A DNA stretch of 28,860 bases from a virus (IMGVR_UViG_3300036778_000078:1-28860), one strand, 5' to 3'. Positions 1 through 9,709 are shown, counted from the stretch's first letter. The notes: a model not told the origin generated them from the letters alone. Made by a program: numbers and translations.

Positions 1-13
1 GCACGCCGGCGAC

Positions 14-985
14 ATGGGCCCCGACAACAAGCCGATCGGCCAGGAAGGCGCGGGCGCCGACTTCGAGAAGCAATTCCCGATGAGCATGGCGGTCATGGGC
101 GGCATGCCGGGGATGAGCGACGACACCCGGCAAATGAACCTCGATCAATTGAAGTTCCGCCAGACCAATCCCGGCCAGGCGTTGCCGTCATGGTTGCAGG
201 ACAAGGGGCGTTGGACCGCCTACAACAAGGACATCGCCGACGCGCAAGGCAATTTCGACGCCTTCAACAAGCAAGCGCAAGTCGGAACCGATCTCATCAA
301 TCAGCTCAAGAACGACCCGGACACGCTCGACAAGGCGCTGAATTGGATGAACACGCGCGGGAAACTGATCTCGCCGGAAACCGCCCGCGCGCTCCCGGCC
401 ATGGCGCCGGGCGCGATCGACCAAAAGACTTACCAGGCAATCGAGGCGATCGATCAGCTCGGCGGCCAGGTGTACTCCGAGGGCTTCAAGTCGACCGGAT
501 CGCGCCGCACGCAACAGGAAGTGAACGCGATCGTCGAAGGCTTGAGCCAGCTCAAATCAACCGGCTATGACGCGCAAGGCTACATCAAGAACGCGCTCGA
601 CCCCGTGCTGCAGCATATCCAGCATGGCGTCGCGCAGAACTACGGCGCGGCGCAACAGCTCGATTCGGTGCCGGACGAGCTCAAGAGCAAGGTTGGCAAA
701 ATTTATCTGCCTGGCGGCGATCTCTATGGCGGGACCGGCGGCAAATGGGCGAACGAGCCGAACCTCGGGATCGCCAAGACGGAAACCCCGCCCGCGGCCG
801 CGCCGGCCGCCTCGAGCGCGCCAGGCGGCGGGGGAGCGCAAGCCGCGCCGGCCCCGACGGGCGGCGGCGGGCAAAAGCTCTCTGACGCCGATCTCGCGGC
901 CGCCAAGGCGAACATCGCCAAATACGGCCGCGACTATGTGATCAAGTTCCTGCAGGGCAAGGGCTACGACACTTCGGGACTGTGA
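14..985 (+). CDS. Putative virion/DNA-ejection (internal core) protein, probably 5'-partial
   Basis: Long Gly/Ala/Gln-rich ORF whose frame is open to the window edge; lies at the end of a structural block before attP, like podovirus ejection proteins. Confidence 0.55.
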   Translation: MGPDNKPIGQEGAGADFEKQFPMSMAVMGGMPGMSDDTRQMNLDQLKFRQTNPGQALPSWLQDKGRWTAYNKDIADAQGNFDAFNKQAQVGTDLINQLKNDPDTLDKALNWMNTRGKLISPETARALPAMAPGAIDQKTYQAIEAIDQLGGQVYSEGFKSTGSRRTQQEVNAIVEGLSQLKSTGYDAQGYIKNALDPVLQHIQHGVAQNYGAAQQLDSVPDELKSKVGKIYLPGGDLYGGTGGKWANEPNLGIAKTETPPAAAPAASSAPGGGGAQAAPAPTGGGGQKLSDADLAAAKANIAKYGRDYVIKFLQGKGYDTSGL

Positions 986-988
986 GCG

Positions 989-2398
989 ATGGCCGGCGCG
1001 TTCGATGACTTCACCCCTCCCCAGCCGGCGCAGCAAGGCGGCGGGGCTTTCAGCGGATTCGCCCCGCCGTCGGATCAGCCGGAAGGTTGGAGCGATTACT
1101 TGCTGCGCCATCTGGCGAACGCCGGCTCGGCCGCCGACGCCGGGGTGCGCTCCTTTGATCGCGCCATCACGCTCGGCATGTTCGACCCGTTGTTGAGCCA
1201 GGCGACCGGGCAGAATGAAACCGCGATCACCAAGCAAGCGGCGGCCGCTCACCCCTATGCGTCGACCGCGGGCGAGGTTGGCGGCTATCTCGCCGGGCCG
1301 GGCAAGATCGGCATCACCGGCAAGCTCGGCGGCGGCCTCCTCGGCATGGGCGCGGAAGGCGCGCTGACGAGCGGCGCAACCGCCGTTGGCGACCAGGCCA
1401 GCGGCGACCAGAGCGCCGACCCGCTGACCTCAACTCTCACTGGCGGCGCGACCGGCGTGGCCGGGGCCGTGGCGGGCAAGATGCTCAATCCGATTGTGCG
1501 CTCCGTGATGAACAGCGGGCCCGGCCAGGCGGTCGCGCAAAGGCTCGGCTATGGCGCGCTCAAGACGCCTCAACAGGTGACGGACGCGTTGGGCAGTCAG
1601 GAAAAGCAGGACTGGCAAGCGACGCGCGGTTTCACCGTCGACAACGCCGACGTGCGCCAGGCGGCGGTGCAAGGGCAACAGGACATCGATAATCAGGCGA
1701 CCCAAAACCCGCGGGTGAAGATTCTGGGGCAGAACGCCTATAAGAAACTCGGCCAGCTCGGCGAGGAGGCGCTCGGCAACCAACCCGTCACGGCCGAGCG
1801 GCTCAACGATTACGTGAACGATCTCCACGTGACGAACACCGGCGACCAAAGCCCGCAAGCTGGCTTGCTGGCGCAGAACCGCGTCAACCAATTGCTATCC
1901 GGGCCGGCGCAAGACGCGATCGACACGGCGAAACGGACCTCGCAACAGTTTCGCGACGCCCAAGCCTTACAGACGATGGGCGAGAAGCTCGACAATTTCG
2001 GCACGTCGCCGAGCAACGCGGCCAAGGGCATCGCTCAACGGTGGTATGATCCCGGCGATCCTCAATTCGAGGCGCTCAAGGACATTTCCGGCTCGGGCGA
2101 GGGCTATCAAAGCGCCTACGGCCTGGCGCACGCCGCGCACTACCCGATCATGGTTGGCTTGGGCGCTTTGGGGTTGGGCGGGCATCTTGGCGCGGCTATC
2201 GCCGGCGGCCTAACCTATACGGCGGCCAAGCCGGCGATCGGCAAGGCGCTACAGGCGGCGACGGCGGCCTCGCAACGGGCGGCTATCGCCCGCAACTATC
2301 CGGCGCTCACCGGCTACCAAACGAGCCACCAGCCGGATTTGACCGCCAACGCGGCGCTCCGGGCGTTGCTGTTCGGGCCGACGGCCGCGGCGCAATGA
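989..2398 (+). CDS. Putative DNA transfer/ejection protein
   Basis: 469 aa; N-terminus MAGAFDDF..FSGF; Gly/Ala-rich hydrophobic stretches; last + strand gene before the integrase. Confidence 0.55.
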   Translation: MAGAFDDFTPPQPAQQGGGAFSGFAPPSDQPEGWSDYLLRHLANAGSAADAGVRSFDRAITLGMFDPLLSQATGQNETAITKQAAAAHPYASTAGEVGGYLAGPGKIGITGKLGGGLLGMGAEGALTSGATAVGDQASGDQSADPLTSTLTGGATGVAGAVAGKMLNPIVRSVMNSGPGQAVAQRLGYGALKTPQQVTDALGSQEKQDWQATRGFTVDNADVRQAAVQGQQDIDNQATQNPRVKILGQNAYKKLGQLGEEALGNQPVTAERLNDYVNDLHVTNTGDQSPQAGLLAQNRVNQLLSGPAQDAIDTAKRTSQQFRDAQALQTMGEKLDNFGTSPSNAAKGIAQRWYDPGDPQFEALKDISGSGEGYQSAYGLAHAAHYPIMVGLGALGLGGHLGAAIAGGLTYTAAKPAIGKALQAATAASQRAAIARNYPALTGYQTSHQPDLTANAALRALLFGPTAAAQ

Positions 2399-2580
2399 GG
2401 GAAGGCCGCCAGAAAGCTTTTTGTTATCAATGGGGCGGTATTCCCTCATCTTTGCGCCAGGGCCTTGCAAACGTTGCGAGTCCGGATAAGGACGAGGAAT
2501 CACAACGTTCTGCAAGCTATTGGTTTTATTGAGCTAAAACCGCGATTCCCTCGCCAAGATCGCCTTGAGGGAATCGGTTT
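2399..2580. other. Probable attP region
   Basis: AT-richer gap at the integrase 3' end; repeated ATTCC(C)TC motifs (about 2440, 2494 rev, 2545, 2567 rev); imperfect inverted repeat TTGCAAACGTTGCGA...TCACAACGTTCTGCAA; IHF-like CAAGCTATTGGTT. Confidence 0.6.
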
Positions 2581-3659
2581 GGGCGCTGCGCCCGAAGCGC
2601 GGTGCGCTCGCGATCGTATTTACGGGTGTACTTTTCCGCCATCGCGATCGTTTTCCAGCCAAAGATGGCCATGAGCTCGTTAGAGCTCTTGCCCTCCTCG
2701 GCGAATTTCGCCGCCAGCGACTTGCGTAAGCCGTGCGCGGTGCGGTCGACGATCCCGATCTTGCGCGCCGCCATGGACAGGAAATCGCCGAGATAGCCCT
2801 TCTGCATCGCCTTGCCGTTCAAGCCGGTTATGAAGGCGAGCACGCCATCGTCGGGCTCGGGGCCGCGCTCGATCGCCGTCTTGAGCCGATCCGTCATGAG
2901 GATATAGCTCGTTGTTCCGACCTTTTCCGTCTTGATGCGGATCACGCCGTCGCGAACGTGCTGGCGCCCGACGCGGGCGAGATCGCCGGCGCGCAAGCCG
3001 GTTTCGTGCGCAACCTCATAGATAAGCCGTTGGCGCGTCCCGTGCGGATAGGCCGCTTCGAAGCGCGCTTGCTCCTCGAGCGACCACGGCTCATGTCCAT
3101 CGTCCTCGTCATCGGGATTCAGGCTCTTGGGCTTTTGGAAGCGCTTGACGAATTCGCACGGGTTTTCGCTGCAAATCGGCTTGCTCTTGCCGCTCTTGGG
3201 ATCGGCGACATATTCCTCGGTCGCCCACGCAAACATGTTGCTGACCGTGGTGAGCCAGGAATTCGCGGCCGCAATCTTGTCCTGGCGCGCCGCCATGCTG
3301 GCTTTGATCAGGGCCCGATCGATCGTATCGAGGCCGCGCGTTCCCTGTTCCTTGCCGAGCTTTTCGAGCATGCGCCGGCGCACCGCTTGCGTCGACGTGT
3401 CATAGGCGCGGAATTTGGGGCTCGAGAGGTAAAGCTTGATCAGCCAGCCGAGCGATTCGGCCGGCGATCGCCCGGCGCGCGGGACCGCGGTTTCGAGCGG
3501 CTCGCCGGCGAACAGGCGCGCATAGGCCTCGCGGAATTCCGGCGATGCGGGATCATCCGGCAAGCGGGTGCGCGTGTCGGCGCGGCTTCGCCGGAAGTAG
3601 TACCGCCCTAAGTTGAATTCGACATAGAGCGGCGTGCGTTTTCTTCGTGCTTGGTTCAT
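2526..3659 (-). CDS. int: Tyrosine recombinase / phage integrase
   Basis: Catalytic motifs ETGLRAGDL (R), KTEK (K), AHGLRKS (HxxR), IFGW, AEKY (Y); N-terminal RYYFRR..RLPDDP.SPEF typical of alphaproteobacterial phage integrases. Confidence 0.95.
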   Translation of the reverse strand: MNQARRKRTPLYVEFNLGRYYFRRSRADTRTRLPDDPASPEFREAYARLFAGEPLETAVPRAGRSPAESLGWLIKLYLSSPKFRAYDTSTQAVRRRMLEKLGKEQGTRGLDTIDRALIKASMAARQDKIAAANSWLTTVSNMFAWATEEYVADPKSGKSKPICSENPCEFVKRFQKPKSLNPDDEDDGHEPWSLEEQARFEAAYPHGTRQRLIYEVAHETGLRAGDLARVGRQHVRDGVIRIKTEKVGTTSYILMTDRLKTAIERGPEPDDGVLAFITGLNGKAMQKGYLGDFLSMAARKIGIVDRTAHGLRKSLAAKFAEEGKSSNELMAIFGWKTIAMAEKYTRKYDRERTALRAQRPNRFPQGDLGEGIAVLAQ

Positions 3660-3883
3660 AGCGGTCTTAAATCCCCTTTAGAGTTCGGCTTGCCGATTAT
3701 CGTTTCGCGCTCGGCCGACTCGGGTTCGACGGATAAAATATCCGCGCCCGCTAATTGCTCCTCCAAAATCAGTATGTCAATGGTCCCGTCGGGCAACACC
3801 CGGACTTTTTTCGCGCCGAGCTTGATCGCCTCGCGCAGCACGCGCGCGATGTGAGCTTGCTTGATCGGCGCGGGCAGCGTCAC
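3656..3883 (-). CDS. Excisionase-like small protein
   Basis: GTG at 3883 overlaps the upstream stop; IKQAHIARVLREAIKLGAKKVRVLPDGTI; directly upstream of int with 4-bp overlap. Confidence 0.6.
   Translation of the reverse strand: MTLPAPIKQAHIARVLREAIKLGAKKVRVLPDGTIDILILEEQLAGADILSVEPESAERETIIGKPNSKGDLRPL
3730..3780 (-). promoter_or_regulatory. Putative integrase promoter with box A operator (CGGATAAAATATCCG, 3730-3744)
   Basis: TTGACA on - strand at 3775-3780, 17 bp, CAATTA; the 15-mer is identical to sites at 21066 and 21134. Confidence 0.6.
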
Positions 3884-4233
3884 TGAAACGACGGATCGTT
3901 GTCGGCGCCGCCCTCGGGCCCGACCATGGCGCGCAGCAATTCGAAAATCCGCCGTGTCGTCGAGCCGTCGGGCCTCGAGCACACGCGGCGACCGAGGCGC
4001 AGCCGATGGCGGTTCACCATCTCGATTGCGTCGGCGAGCGCCGCGTCTTGAAGCCGCTCGCGCTCCTCATCCTCATTCGGCTTGTAGCGTTCGGGCGGCG
4101 GCGGCTCACCTTCCGCCAGGGCAACCGCGATCGCCTGGCGCCCGATCGCCTCGGCCTGGCGCTCGAGCTCATCAATGTCGGCGGCTTCCATCGCGGCTTT
4201 CAAATCGACCGCGCGCGGCAAAGGCTTGTTCAT
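3880..4233 (-). CDS. Hypothetical phage protein
   Basis: Translationally coupled in the leftward operon. Confidence 0.6.
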   Translation of the reverse strand: MNKPLPRAVDLKAAMEAADIDELERQAEAIGRQAIAVALAEGEPPPPERYKPNEDEERERLQDAALADAIEMVNRHRLRLGRRVCSRPDGSTTRRIFELLRAMVGPEGGADNDPSFQ

Positions 4234-4649
4234 TGGCGGACTCCTCGAGCTGAAATGAAACCTTCGCGCGCAAGCCGCGGCTCGCCGGCGGCCGGCTTGT
4301 AAGCCGGCTTCGGCTCTTTGCGCCGCTTGCGCATCTTTTTCTTGCCAGGGCGCTCAACCCCTTTCGCATAGGCTTCGCGCCTGACCGCGAGCGCGATTCG
4401 GCCCTTGTCGACGTCGGTTTTCTTATCGTGGCATTCGAGACAAAGGAGCTGGCCATCGGCGGCGACGAGCGGCCGCTTCAAGTCCTCGGCCGGCCGCATG
4501 CCCTCGGCGAGAATATGATCAATTTCAAAGTCCTCGCGCTTCGGACACCACTCGCCGCACCGCTCGCAACAGACGGCCCCGCTCGAGGAGGCGCGCTCAA
4601 TGATCGCCAGTTGCGCCGCGACCGAAAACTTGCGGTAAGCGCCCTTCAT
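4230..4649 (-). CDS. HNH endonuclease
   Basis: CERCG...FEIDHI...GQLLCLECHDKKT..D; ATG at 4649 overlaps the upstream stop. Confidence 0.85.
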   Translation of the reverse strand: MKGAYRKFSVAAQLAIIERASSSGAVCCERCGEWCPKREDFEIDHILAEGMRPAEDLKRPLVAADGQLLCLECHDKKTDVDKGRIALAVRREAYAKGVERPGKKKMRKRRKEPKPAYKPAAGEPRLAREGFISARGVRQ

Positions 4650-5953
4650 AGCTCTTGGGAGCCCCGCCACGGCAAGAGCTCGCCGGACTTGCTGGCCGCG
4701 CCTCCAAGGCCGGCTTTCTGGTTGGCGACGAGCCAGGCGGCGACTTCACCCAAATCGGCTCCATCAGCGGCGTCACCTTCATCGCGGGCGGTGACGTCCC
4801 AATCCCTCACCACGTCGAGATGATCGCGGCCAGGAACCGAAATTTCAATTTCGTAGCCGTTCCAAACGAACTTGCGCAGCCCGCGAAAGTGCAGATGGAC
4901 AAGCGTCGTCTTGTCGACGAGCTGGCGCTCATGCGGCCGAACGATATGGAAAATGCGCTTCTTGATCCCGTCAACGATCACGTCCTCGCGATCGTTGAAG
5001 AACTCGGGCGTTTGCTCGACATTGACGTTGACCAATGAGCAAACGTCGTTCTTCGAGGCGCGCACTTGGATCATCGAAGCATTCGCCTCCTCGTAGGTCA
5101 GCAAGGTGAGGGCGACCTCCGAGAGAATGTAGAGCTCGGGCGGCAACGAGGATTTGCAGCCGATAGAGACGAACTCCTTGCTAAAGGGATATTCCCACAA
5201 GCTTACGGTGCGCCGCACGTCCCCATAGCCGGAATATTTGTCTGGCTTGACGTAGCGGTCGCGCTTGATTTTTAGCGGCCGCACATCGTTGTCTTTCGTG
5301 ATCTCGAGCGGCAGCTCGATGGCCAGGGCGCGCTCATAGAACTTGCACATTTTCCAATCTTCGCGGCTTTTCCTCGGGAAAAGCCGCGCCCAATCGCGCT
5401 CGTCAAAATAGAGCGTGAACACATAGAAATCGGACGTCGTGGCGATCGGCTGGACGGTCACATGGCCGTCGCGAAACATGTACTTTCGCCGTTCCCGCGG
5501 ATGAGTGACTTTGAGGAAGTGCATGAGCCGGGGAAACATGTTCCCTACCGGCCTCGTCTCGTCGTTCGGCGTGCCCGTGACGACAGCCCCGAATCCGGGG
5601 CGCGCTTTCAAAAACCAGGGCGAGACGGGCTCGGCCGCAAGCTCCGCTCTACCGCATGGCAAAAACGCCTCGTCGTGCGGAATGATGACCGCGCCAAGCT
5701 GCGAATAGAGCCCATATTCCGACGGAAAGAACGCCTTCATCCGGCCGACGATCTTGGTGTTGTCGTCGAGATGATCGAGAATCGAGCGCTTGAGCCCCAT
5801 GTCGACCTTGGGCCTCCGCGGGCGCGCAACCTTGGGAGCGGGAGGCGGCTCAATGGCGGGAGCGGGCTCGGCGATGATCGGCGCGGGCGCCGGCTCCGGG
5901 CGGCGACGCCAATAGAACACGATCGCGAGCAAACGCATGAGGAGCGCGGTCAT
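4646..5953 (-). CDS. Large hypothetical phage protein
   Basis: About 435 aa; ATGA overlap at 5950-5953; C-terminal HIVRPHER...HLHFRG motif. Confidence 0.7.
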   Translation of the reverse strand: MTALLMRLLAIVFYWRRRPEPAPAPIIAEPAPAIEPPPAPKVARPRRPKVDMGLKRSILDHLDDNTKIVGRMKAFFPSEYGLYSQLGAVIIPHDEAFLPCGRAELAAEPVSPWFLKARPGFGAVVTGTPNDETRPVGNMFPRLMHFLKVTHPRERRKYMFRDGHVTVQPIATTSDFYVFTLYFDERDWARLFPRKSREDWKMCKFYERALAIELPLEITKDNDVRPLKIKRDRYVKPDKYSGYGDVRRTVSLWEYPFSKEFVSIGCKSSLPPELYILSEVALTLLTYEEANASMIQVRASKNDVCSLVNVNVEQTPEFFNDREDVIVDGIKKRIFHIVRPHERQLVDKTTLVHLHFRGLRKFVWNGYEIEISVPGRDHLDVVRDWDVTARDEGDAADGADLGEVAAWLVANQKAGLGGAASKSGELLPWRGSQEL

Positions 5954-6381
5954 GCTGGAATCGCCTTCTGGCATGTCGGCAAGTAGATCATCGGCGCTTC
6001 GGGGAGCTCATCGTTGAACACGACGCCGATGTTCCCGCCTTGCTCGTAAATGAATTCGATGAACTGGCTCATCTCGTCGACGCCCAAAAGGCTCGAGCGA
6101 TAGCCGAGCGCGACAACGCTCGTTCCGTCGAGCGCGGGCACGAATGCGAGCTCTTTGCCGAACGCCTTGAGCAAGATGCACTTCCACGTGTCGGCGTCAT
6201 ACTTGCGATCGCCGTGCACCACTTGATCGGCGAAATAGGAAAGCAACTTCCACATGAGCCGGTTTTGCGGATTGGTCCGTTGCGGCCCGTCGTCGAGCGT
6301 CACCCGCGAGCCGAGCGCCGCCGCGGCGATCTCGGTGAGAACGCGCGAACGATTGTAGTTTGTGAGGAACCATCCGCTCAT
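5950..6381 (-). CDS. ninB: NinB/Orf family recombination protein
   Basis: RTNPQNRLMWKLL...WKCI...VPALDG..VVALGYRSSLL...EMSQFIEFIY..G. Confidence 0.85.
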   Translation of the reverse strand: MSGWFLTNYNRSRVLTEIAAAALGSRVTLDDGPQRTNPQNRLMWKLLSYFADQVVHGDRKYDADTWKCILLKAFGKELAFVPALDGTSVVALGYRSSLLGVDEMSQFIEFIYEQGGNIGVVFNDELPEAPMIYLPTCQKAIPA

Positions 6382-7049
6382 GCCGCCGGCAACAGTTTGA
6401 GGGCTCGATCGGTGAACCGGCCGAGCTCCTCCTCCGCCCCATGGCCCTCGAGTTTGGCGAGCCGCTCGAGATTGGGCAGACCCGACATGATCGAATCAAG
6501 AATTTCCGCGCGCGTCGCCTGACGCCCATGCGCCCACCAATCGACGCTTAGGGGCTCGCCAAGCTTGATGAGCCAACCGTTGCGAGCGTTGAACGGCCTG
6601 GCGTCGCGCGCCTCGTAAAGGCAGCTCGCGCCGGGATTGCGCGGGATCATTTCGCCGGCGACGTGAAAGCCGCCCTCGCGGGTGAGATCGTCGCTCGGCA
6701 AGCGGCGCATGCGCGGCCGCACAAGGAACGGGCAAGCGCGCACCGCATATTCGGCGCAGTCGCGATGGCAAGGCGGCTCCATCGTCGTGCGGTTGACGAC
6801 GCACATGGGCCCGATGACATAGACCTTGTGCACGCCCAAGGGGCCGCCGCAAATCCAGCACTTGCGCCGCTCCCAAGCCTCCTCGCGCGCATGGCTCTTG
6901 ATCACGCGGAAATCGGGCTCGGCGCCCGGCATGGCCGGATCGCATTCGGCGCCCATAGACAGCCAGGCCAGGAACCACGGCACGGGGTAGCCGCGCGAAT
7001 CCTTGGGGAGCCTGGCGATGCGTGCCGGCGGCTCGGGCAAGTCAATCAT
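6378..7049 (-). CDS. Hypothetical Cys/His-containing phage protein
   Basis: YPVPWF, CWICG and EPPCHRDCAEYAVRACPFL motifs; coupled overlaps. Confidence 0.7.
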   Translation of the reverse strand: MIDLPEPPARIARLPKDSRGYPVPWFLAWLSMGAECDPAMPGAEPDFRVIKSHAREEAWERRKCWICGGPLGVHKVYVIGPMCVVNRTTMEPPCHRDCAEYAVRACPFLVRPRMRRLPSDDLTREGGFHVAGEMIPRNPGASCLYEARDARPFNARNGWLIKLGEPLSVDWWAHGRQATRAEILDSIMSGLPNLERLAKLEGHGAEEELGRFTDRALKLLPAA

Positions 7050-7648
7050 GCCGCGTTCACCCGCGTCGCCAGCGCGGCCCGCTCAACCGGCGTCAAATCC
7101 CATTGGCCGAGCACAAGCCAGAGATCGCCCTTGCCGAGCCGGCGCAACAGCAAAGGATCTTCGGCGATCATGCGCCGCCAATTGGCCTCCCAAAGGATAT
7201 GATAGCTCTCGAGCGATCGGCGCGGCCGCATCGGCAACGGGATCATCGGGACCGTCGCCTCGCCGGCGGCGTTGCGGTTCGCCGCCGAAGGCCGGGGGAA
7301 CGTATCGCTCGGCCATTCGAATTCGACGGCCCGCTCGCCCGTCGTCGGGCGGCGACGCGAGCGGCCCCAAATCCACGGCGCCATCATCGCCGAGCCGTCA
7401 GTGCGCACCGTCACGCGTTGCGTCTTGCTATCGGCGCGCGCGATCGCAAGCTTGGGGAAACCATCGTCGCCAACGCCGGCGAGCTTAATGCTCTCGAGCG
7501 CCTGAATGATCATGCGGCCTTGCGAAATCAGCCGGTAGGCGCGCTTGATCTCCTCGTCGACGGGTTGCTCGTAATGTTGATGGGTGAGATAGGCGCGATA
7601 AAGCTCTTTGGCCTTCACCTTGTCGATCTTGATCTCAATCGTGTTCAT
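7046..7648 (-). CDS. Hypothetical phage protein
   Basis: RBS GGAGG; coupled overlaps; ILWEANW...DPLLLRRL...LWLVLGQWDLT. Confidence 0.7.
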   Translation of the reverse strand: MNTIEIKIDKVKAKELYRAYLTHQHYEQPVDEEIKRAYRLISQGRMIIQALESIKLAGVGDDGFPKLAIARADSKTQRVTVRTDGSAMMAPWIWGRSRRRPTTGERAVEFEWPSDTFPRPSAANRNAAGEATVPMIPLPMRPRRSLESYHILWEANWRRMIAEDPLLLRRLGKGDLWLVLGQWDLTPVERAALATRVNAA

Positions 7649-8268
7649 GCTCGGCCTCCCTGGTGAATGCTCGAAAGAACGGAATCGACATCGGCGAGGA
7701 ACGCCGTCGCCTCGGCCTCGAGGCGGGCGATCTCGTCATCGTTGCGCTCGACTCGTTTGACGAACAGGCGCAGCTCGGGATCGATGAAGCGCGGATCGTA
7801 GCTCGCGAAATCCCACCATCGCCGCGTCGGCCCCGCGCAAGCCAGGTTCCAATGGACTTGCGCGAGATGCTCCTCGGGTACGGCGTCGTCGAGCAAGGTT
7901 TTGAGATGCGTCGCCGACGTCGGGCACTTGATCTCGAGCCCGCCCTCGTCGCCGACCAGGCTATCGGGCGAAGCATGCGCGTTGGCGATCGTCGGGTGCG
8001 GGATCAGCGCTACTTTGACCACATCGAGGTTGGTCAAAAAAGCGTAAGAGGCTCGCGCCTCGTCCTCATGATCGCGGCCCCAATCGCGCGCGTTGACGCG
8101 CCTGGCCGGGGTTTGGGTGAGCCGTTCGGCGGCGAGCTCATACATGAAGTCGACAGCGACTTGCATTCGATCGCCGGACTTCTTGAGCCTGGCGAAGGCG
8201 TCGCGGACCTTAGAGCCGCCGAGCGAGCCTACGCGGGCCGCGAACCATTCAGGGCTGCGCTGTTCCAT
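7645..8268 (-). CDS. YqaJ/lambda exonuclease family protein
   Basis: EQRSPEWFAARVG, WG.DHEDEAR..Y, ASPDSLV...GLEIKCP, QVHWNL, WDFASYDPRF. Confidence 0.93.
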   Translation of the reverse strand: MEQRSPEWFAARVGSLGGSKVRDAFARLKKSGDRMQVAVDFMYELAAERLTQTPARRVNARDWGRDHEDEARASYAFLTNLDVVKVALIPHPTIANAHASPDSLVGDEGGLEIKCPTSATHLKTLLDDAVPEEHLAQVHWNLACAGPTRRWWDFASYDPRFIDPELRLFVKRVERNDDEIARLEAEATAFLADVDSVLSSIHQGGRA

Positions 8269-9136
8269 CGACGGCCTCGCTGGCTTCGGCCTTCTTGCGC
8301 TCGCGGCGCTTCACCGTCTCGAGAAGCCAAGAGGCTTGCTTGAACTGGCTCGCGTGCATGTCGGCGACGCTCTCGGCCCCGACCGTCTTGAGGAGCTTCT
8401 CGAGATCGCTTCCCGTGTCGGCGATGAGCGTGTCGATGTAGACGGCATCATCGGCCGTGATCATCGGATCATCGAAGCCGCCGGCGTCGTCGTCGCGCCC
8501 CGCGCCAATGCCGAGCGCCTCTTTCAAGGTGTAGCGCTGCAAATAGGTGACGGTTGAGGCGATCGCCTGATTCGGGTTTTTCTGCCCGCTCTTGTCCTCG
8601 AGGCCCTCGAGGCTGTTCTCCTCGGAATAACCGTCGGCGTGGCTCAAGATGCACGTAACCGTCATCTTGCCGCCCTGGCTCTGCACCGTCCTATGGCGAT
8701 AAGTCAGCCCGTGCTTTGAGAGGATCGGATCGACGATCGCCGAAATATCGGCGAGCTCCTCGTATTTGTATTTCGTGCGGCCGCGCTCCTCGCGATCGTC
8801 ACGCTCCTTGTGCGGGTAGTCGACGACGCGGGTTTTGAGGATCGGGCCCCATTCGCCCTTGGCGGCCGCCAGCGCGGCATAGAAAGCGCGCCGGCGGTTA
8901 TCCTCCTCGCGCTCCTTCACCATGCCCATGATGCGCTCGAGCTTGGCGACGTCGACTTCGGGATCGCGCGCGGCCGCGATCAGGGCCGCGAGGTTGGGAT
9001 CGGGCGCCCCGGAAGGTTCCGCTCGGGGGGATCGAACGGCGGGAGTCCCGCCTTCCGGGGCAGACGGCGCCGCGGTGTAGGCCGCGTCGGCCGCCACGAT
9101 AGATTTAGGGGTGCTTTGCCGGGCCATGCGAGGCAT
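8249..9136 (-). CDS. erf: ERF family single-strand annealing protein
   Basis: YKYEELADI..IVDPILSKHGL, VTCILSH.DG, NQAIASTVTYLQRYTL...LGI..G.DDD. Confidence 0.9.
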   Translation of the reverse strand: MPRMARQSTPKSIVAADAAYTAAPSAPEGGTPAVRSPRAEPSGAPDPNLAALIAAARDPEVDVAKLERIMGMVKEREEDNRRRAFYAALAAAKGEWGPILKTRVVDYPHKERDDREERGRTKYKYEELADISAIVDPILSKHGLTYRHRTVQSQGGKMTVTCILSHADGYSEENSLEGLEDKSGQKNPNQAIASTVTYLQRYTLKEALGIGAGRDDDAGGFDDPMITADDAVYIDTLIADTGSDLEKLLKTVGAESVADMHASQFKQASWLLETVKRRERKKAEASEAVDGTAQP

Positions 9137-9148
9137 GTTGCCTCGCGG

Positions 9149-9184
9149 GCTTCCATTTTGTCAAGATTTCGCCAGTTTGGCGTA
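9149..9184 (-). promoter_or_regulatory. PL-like promoter with box B operators
   Basis: TTCGCCA-GTT-TGGCGTA at 9168-9184; degenerate box at 9149-9165 contains TTGACA on the - strand. Confidence 0.6.
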
Positions 9185-9186
9185 AT

Positions 9187-9588
9187 TTACACTGTTTCGG
9201 CAGGTGTGGATTGCGGGGATTGCGGGGATAAGTGAGTCCGAATCGCCGCCAGCAGCTCGGCGCGTTGGGTGCTTGTCAGCCCGACCATGACTTCAACCGC
9301 CTCAACCAGCATGCGCCGATCCTTCGCCGAGAGCTCGAGAGCGAACGCGTCAAGAGACGGCGCTTGCGGCGGGCTAAAGAACTGGCCGGGGAGAATGTCG
9401 AGAGCTTCGAATAGCTTAAACATCAAGTCGAGCGGCAAGCCGCGATCGCCCTTCTCATAGCGAGAGATTGTGCCGCCGGTGGCGCCGATCAATTGGCCGA
9501 GCGCCTCCTGGCTCATTTCGCGGTGCTCCCTCCACTCACGCAAGTAGTGGCGCGCCGGAATGTCGGCGTTGAAAGGATTGGTTGCCAT
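9187..9588 (-). CDS. CI-like XRE helix-turn-helix repressor
   Basis: YLREWREHREMSQEALGQLIG...TISRYEKGDR; divergent from a cro-like gene. Confidence 0.85.
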   Translation of the reverse strand: MATNPFNADIPARHYLREWREHREMSQEALGQLIGATGGTISRYEKGDRGLPLDLMFKLFEALDILPGQFFSPPQAPSLDAFALELSAKDRRMLVEAVEVMVGLTSTQRAELLAAIRTHLSPQSPQSTPAETV

Positions 9589-9709
9589 GGGGGCAACATA
9601 GCGAGAGCTAGGCATTTGTCAAGAAAGGGCTTTTTTGGATGGAGGTTTTGCGACACGGCGGATATTTCGCCAGACTTGCAAGAATTCGCCAATGCGGTAG
9701 AGTTGCCCG
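9589..9709. promoter_or_regulatory. Lysis/lysogeny switch region (PRM/PR-like)
   Basis: - strand TTGACA-16-TATGTT-6-ATG; + strand TTGCAA-16-TAGAGT-6-ATG; TTCGCCA boxes at 9666 and 9685. Confidence 0.7.

Noticed and set aside
2436-2459. tRNA 3' fragment as att core (ATTCCCTCATCTTTGCGCCA)
   Set aside because: Lacks the GTTCRA T-loop and stem
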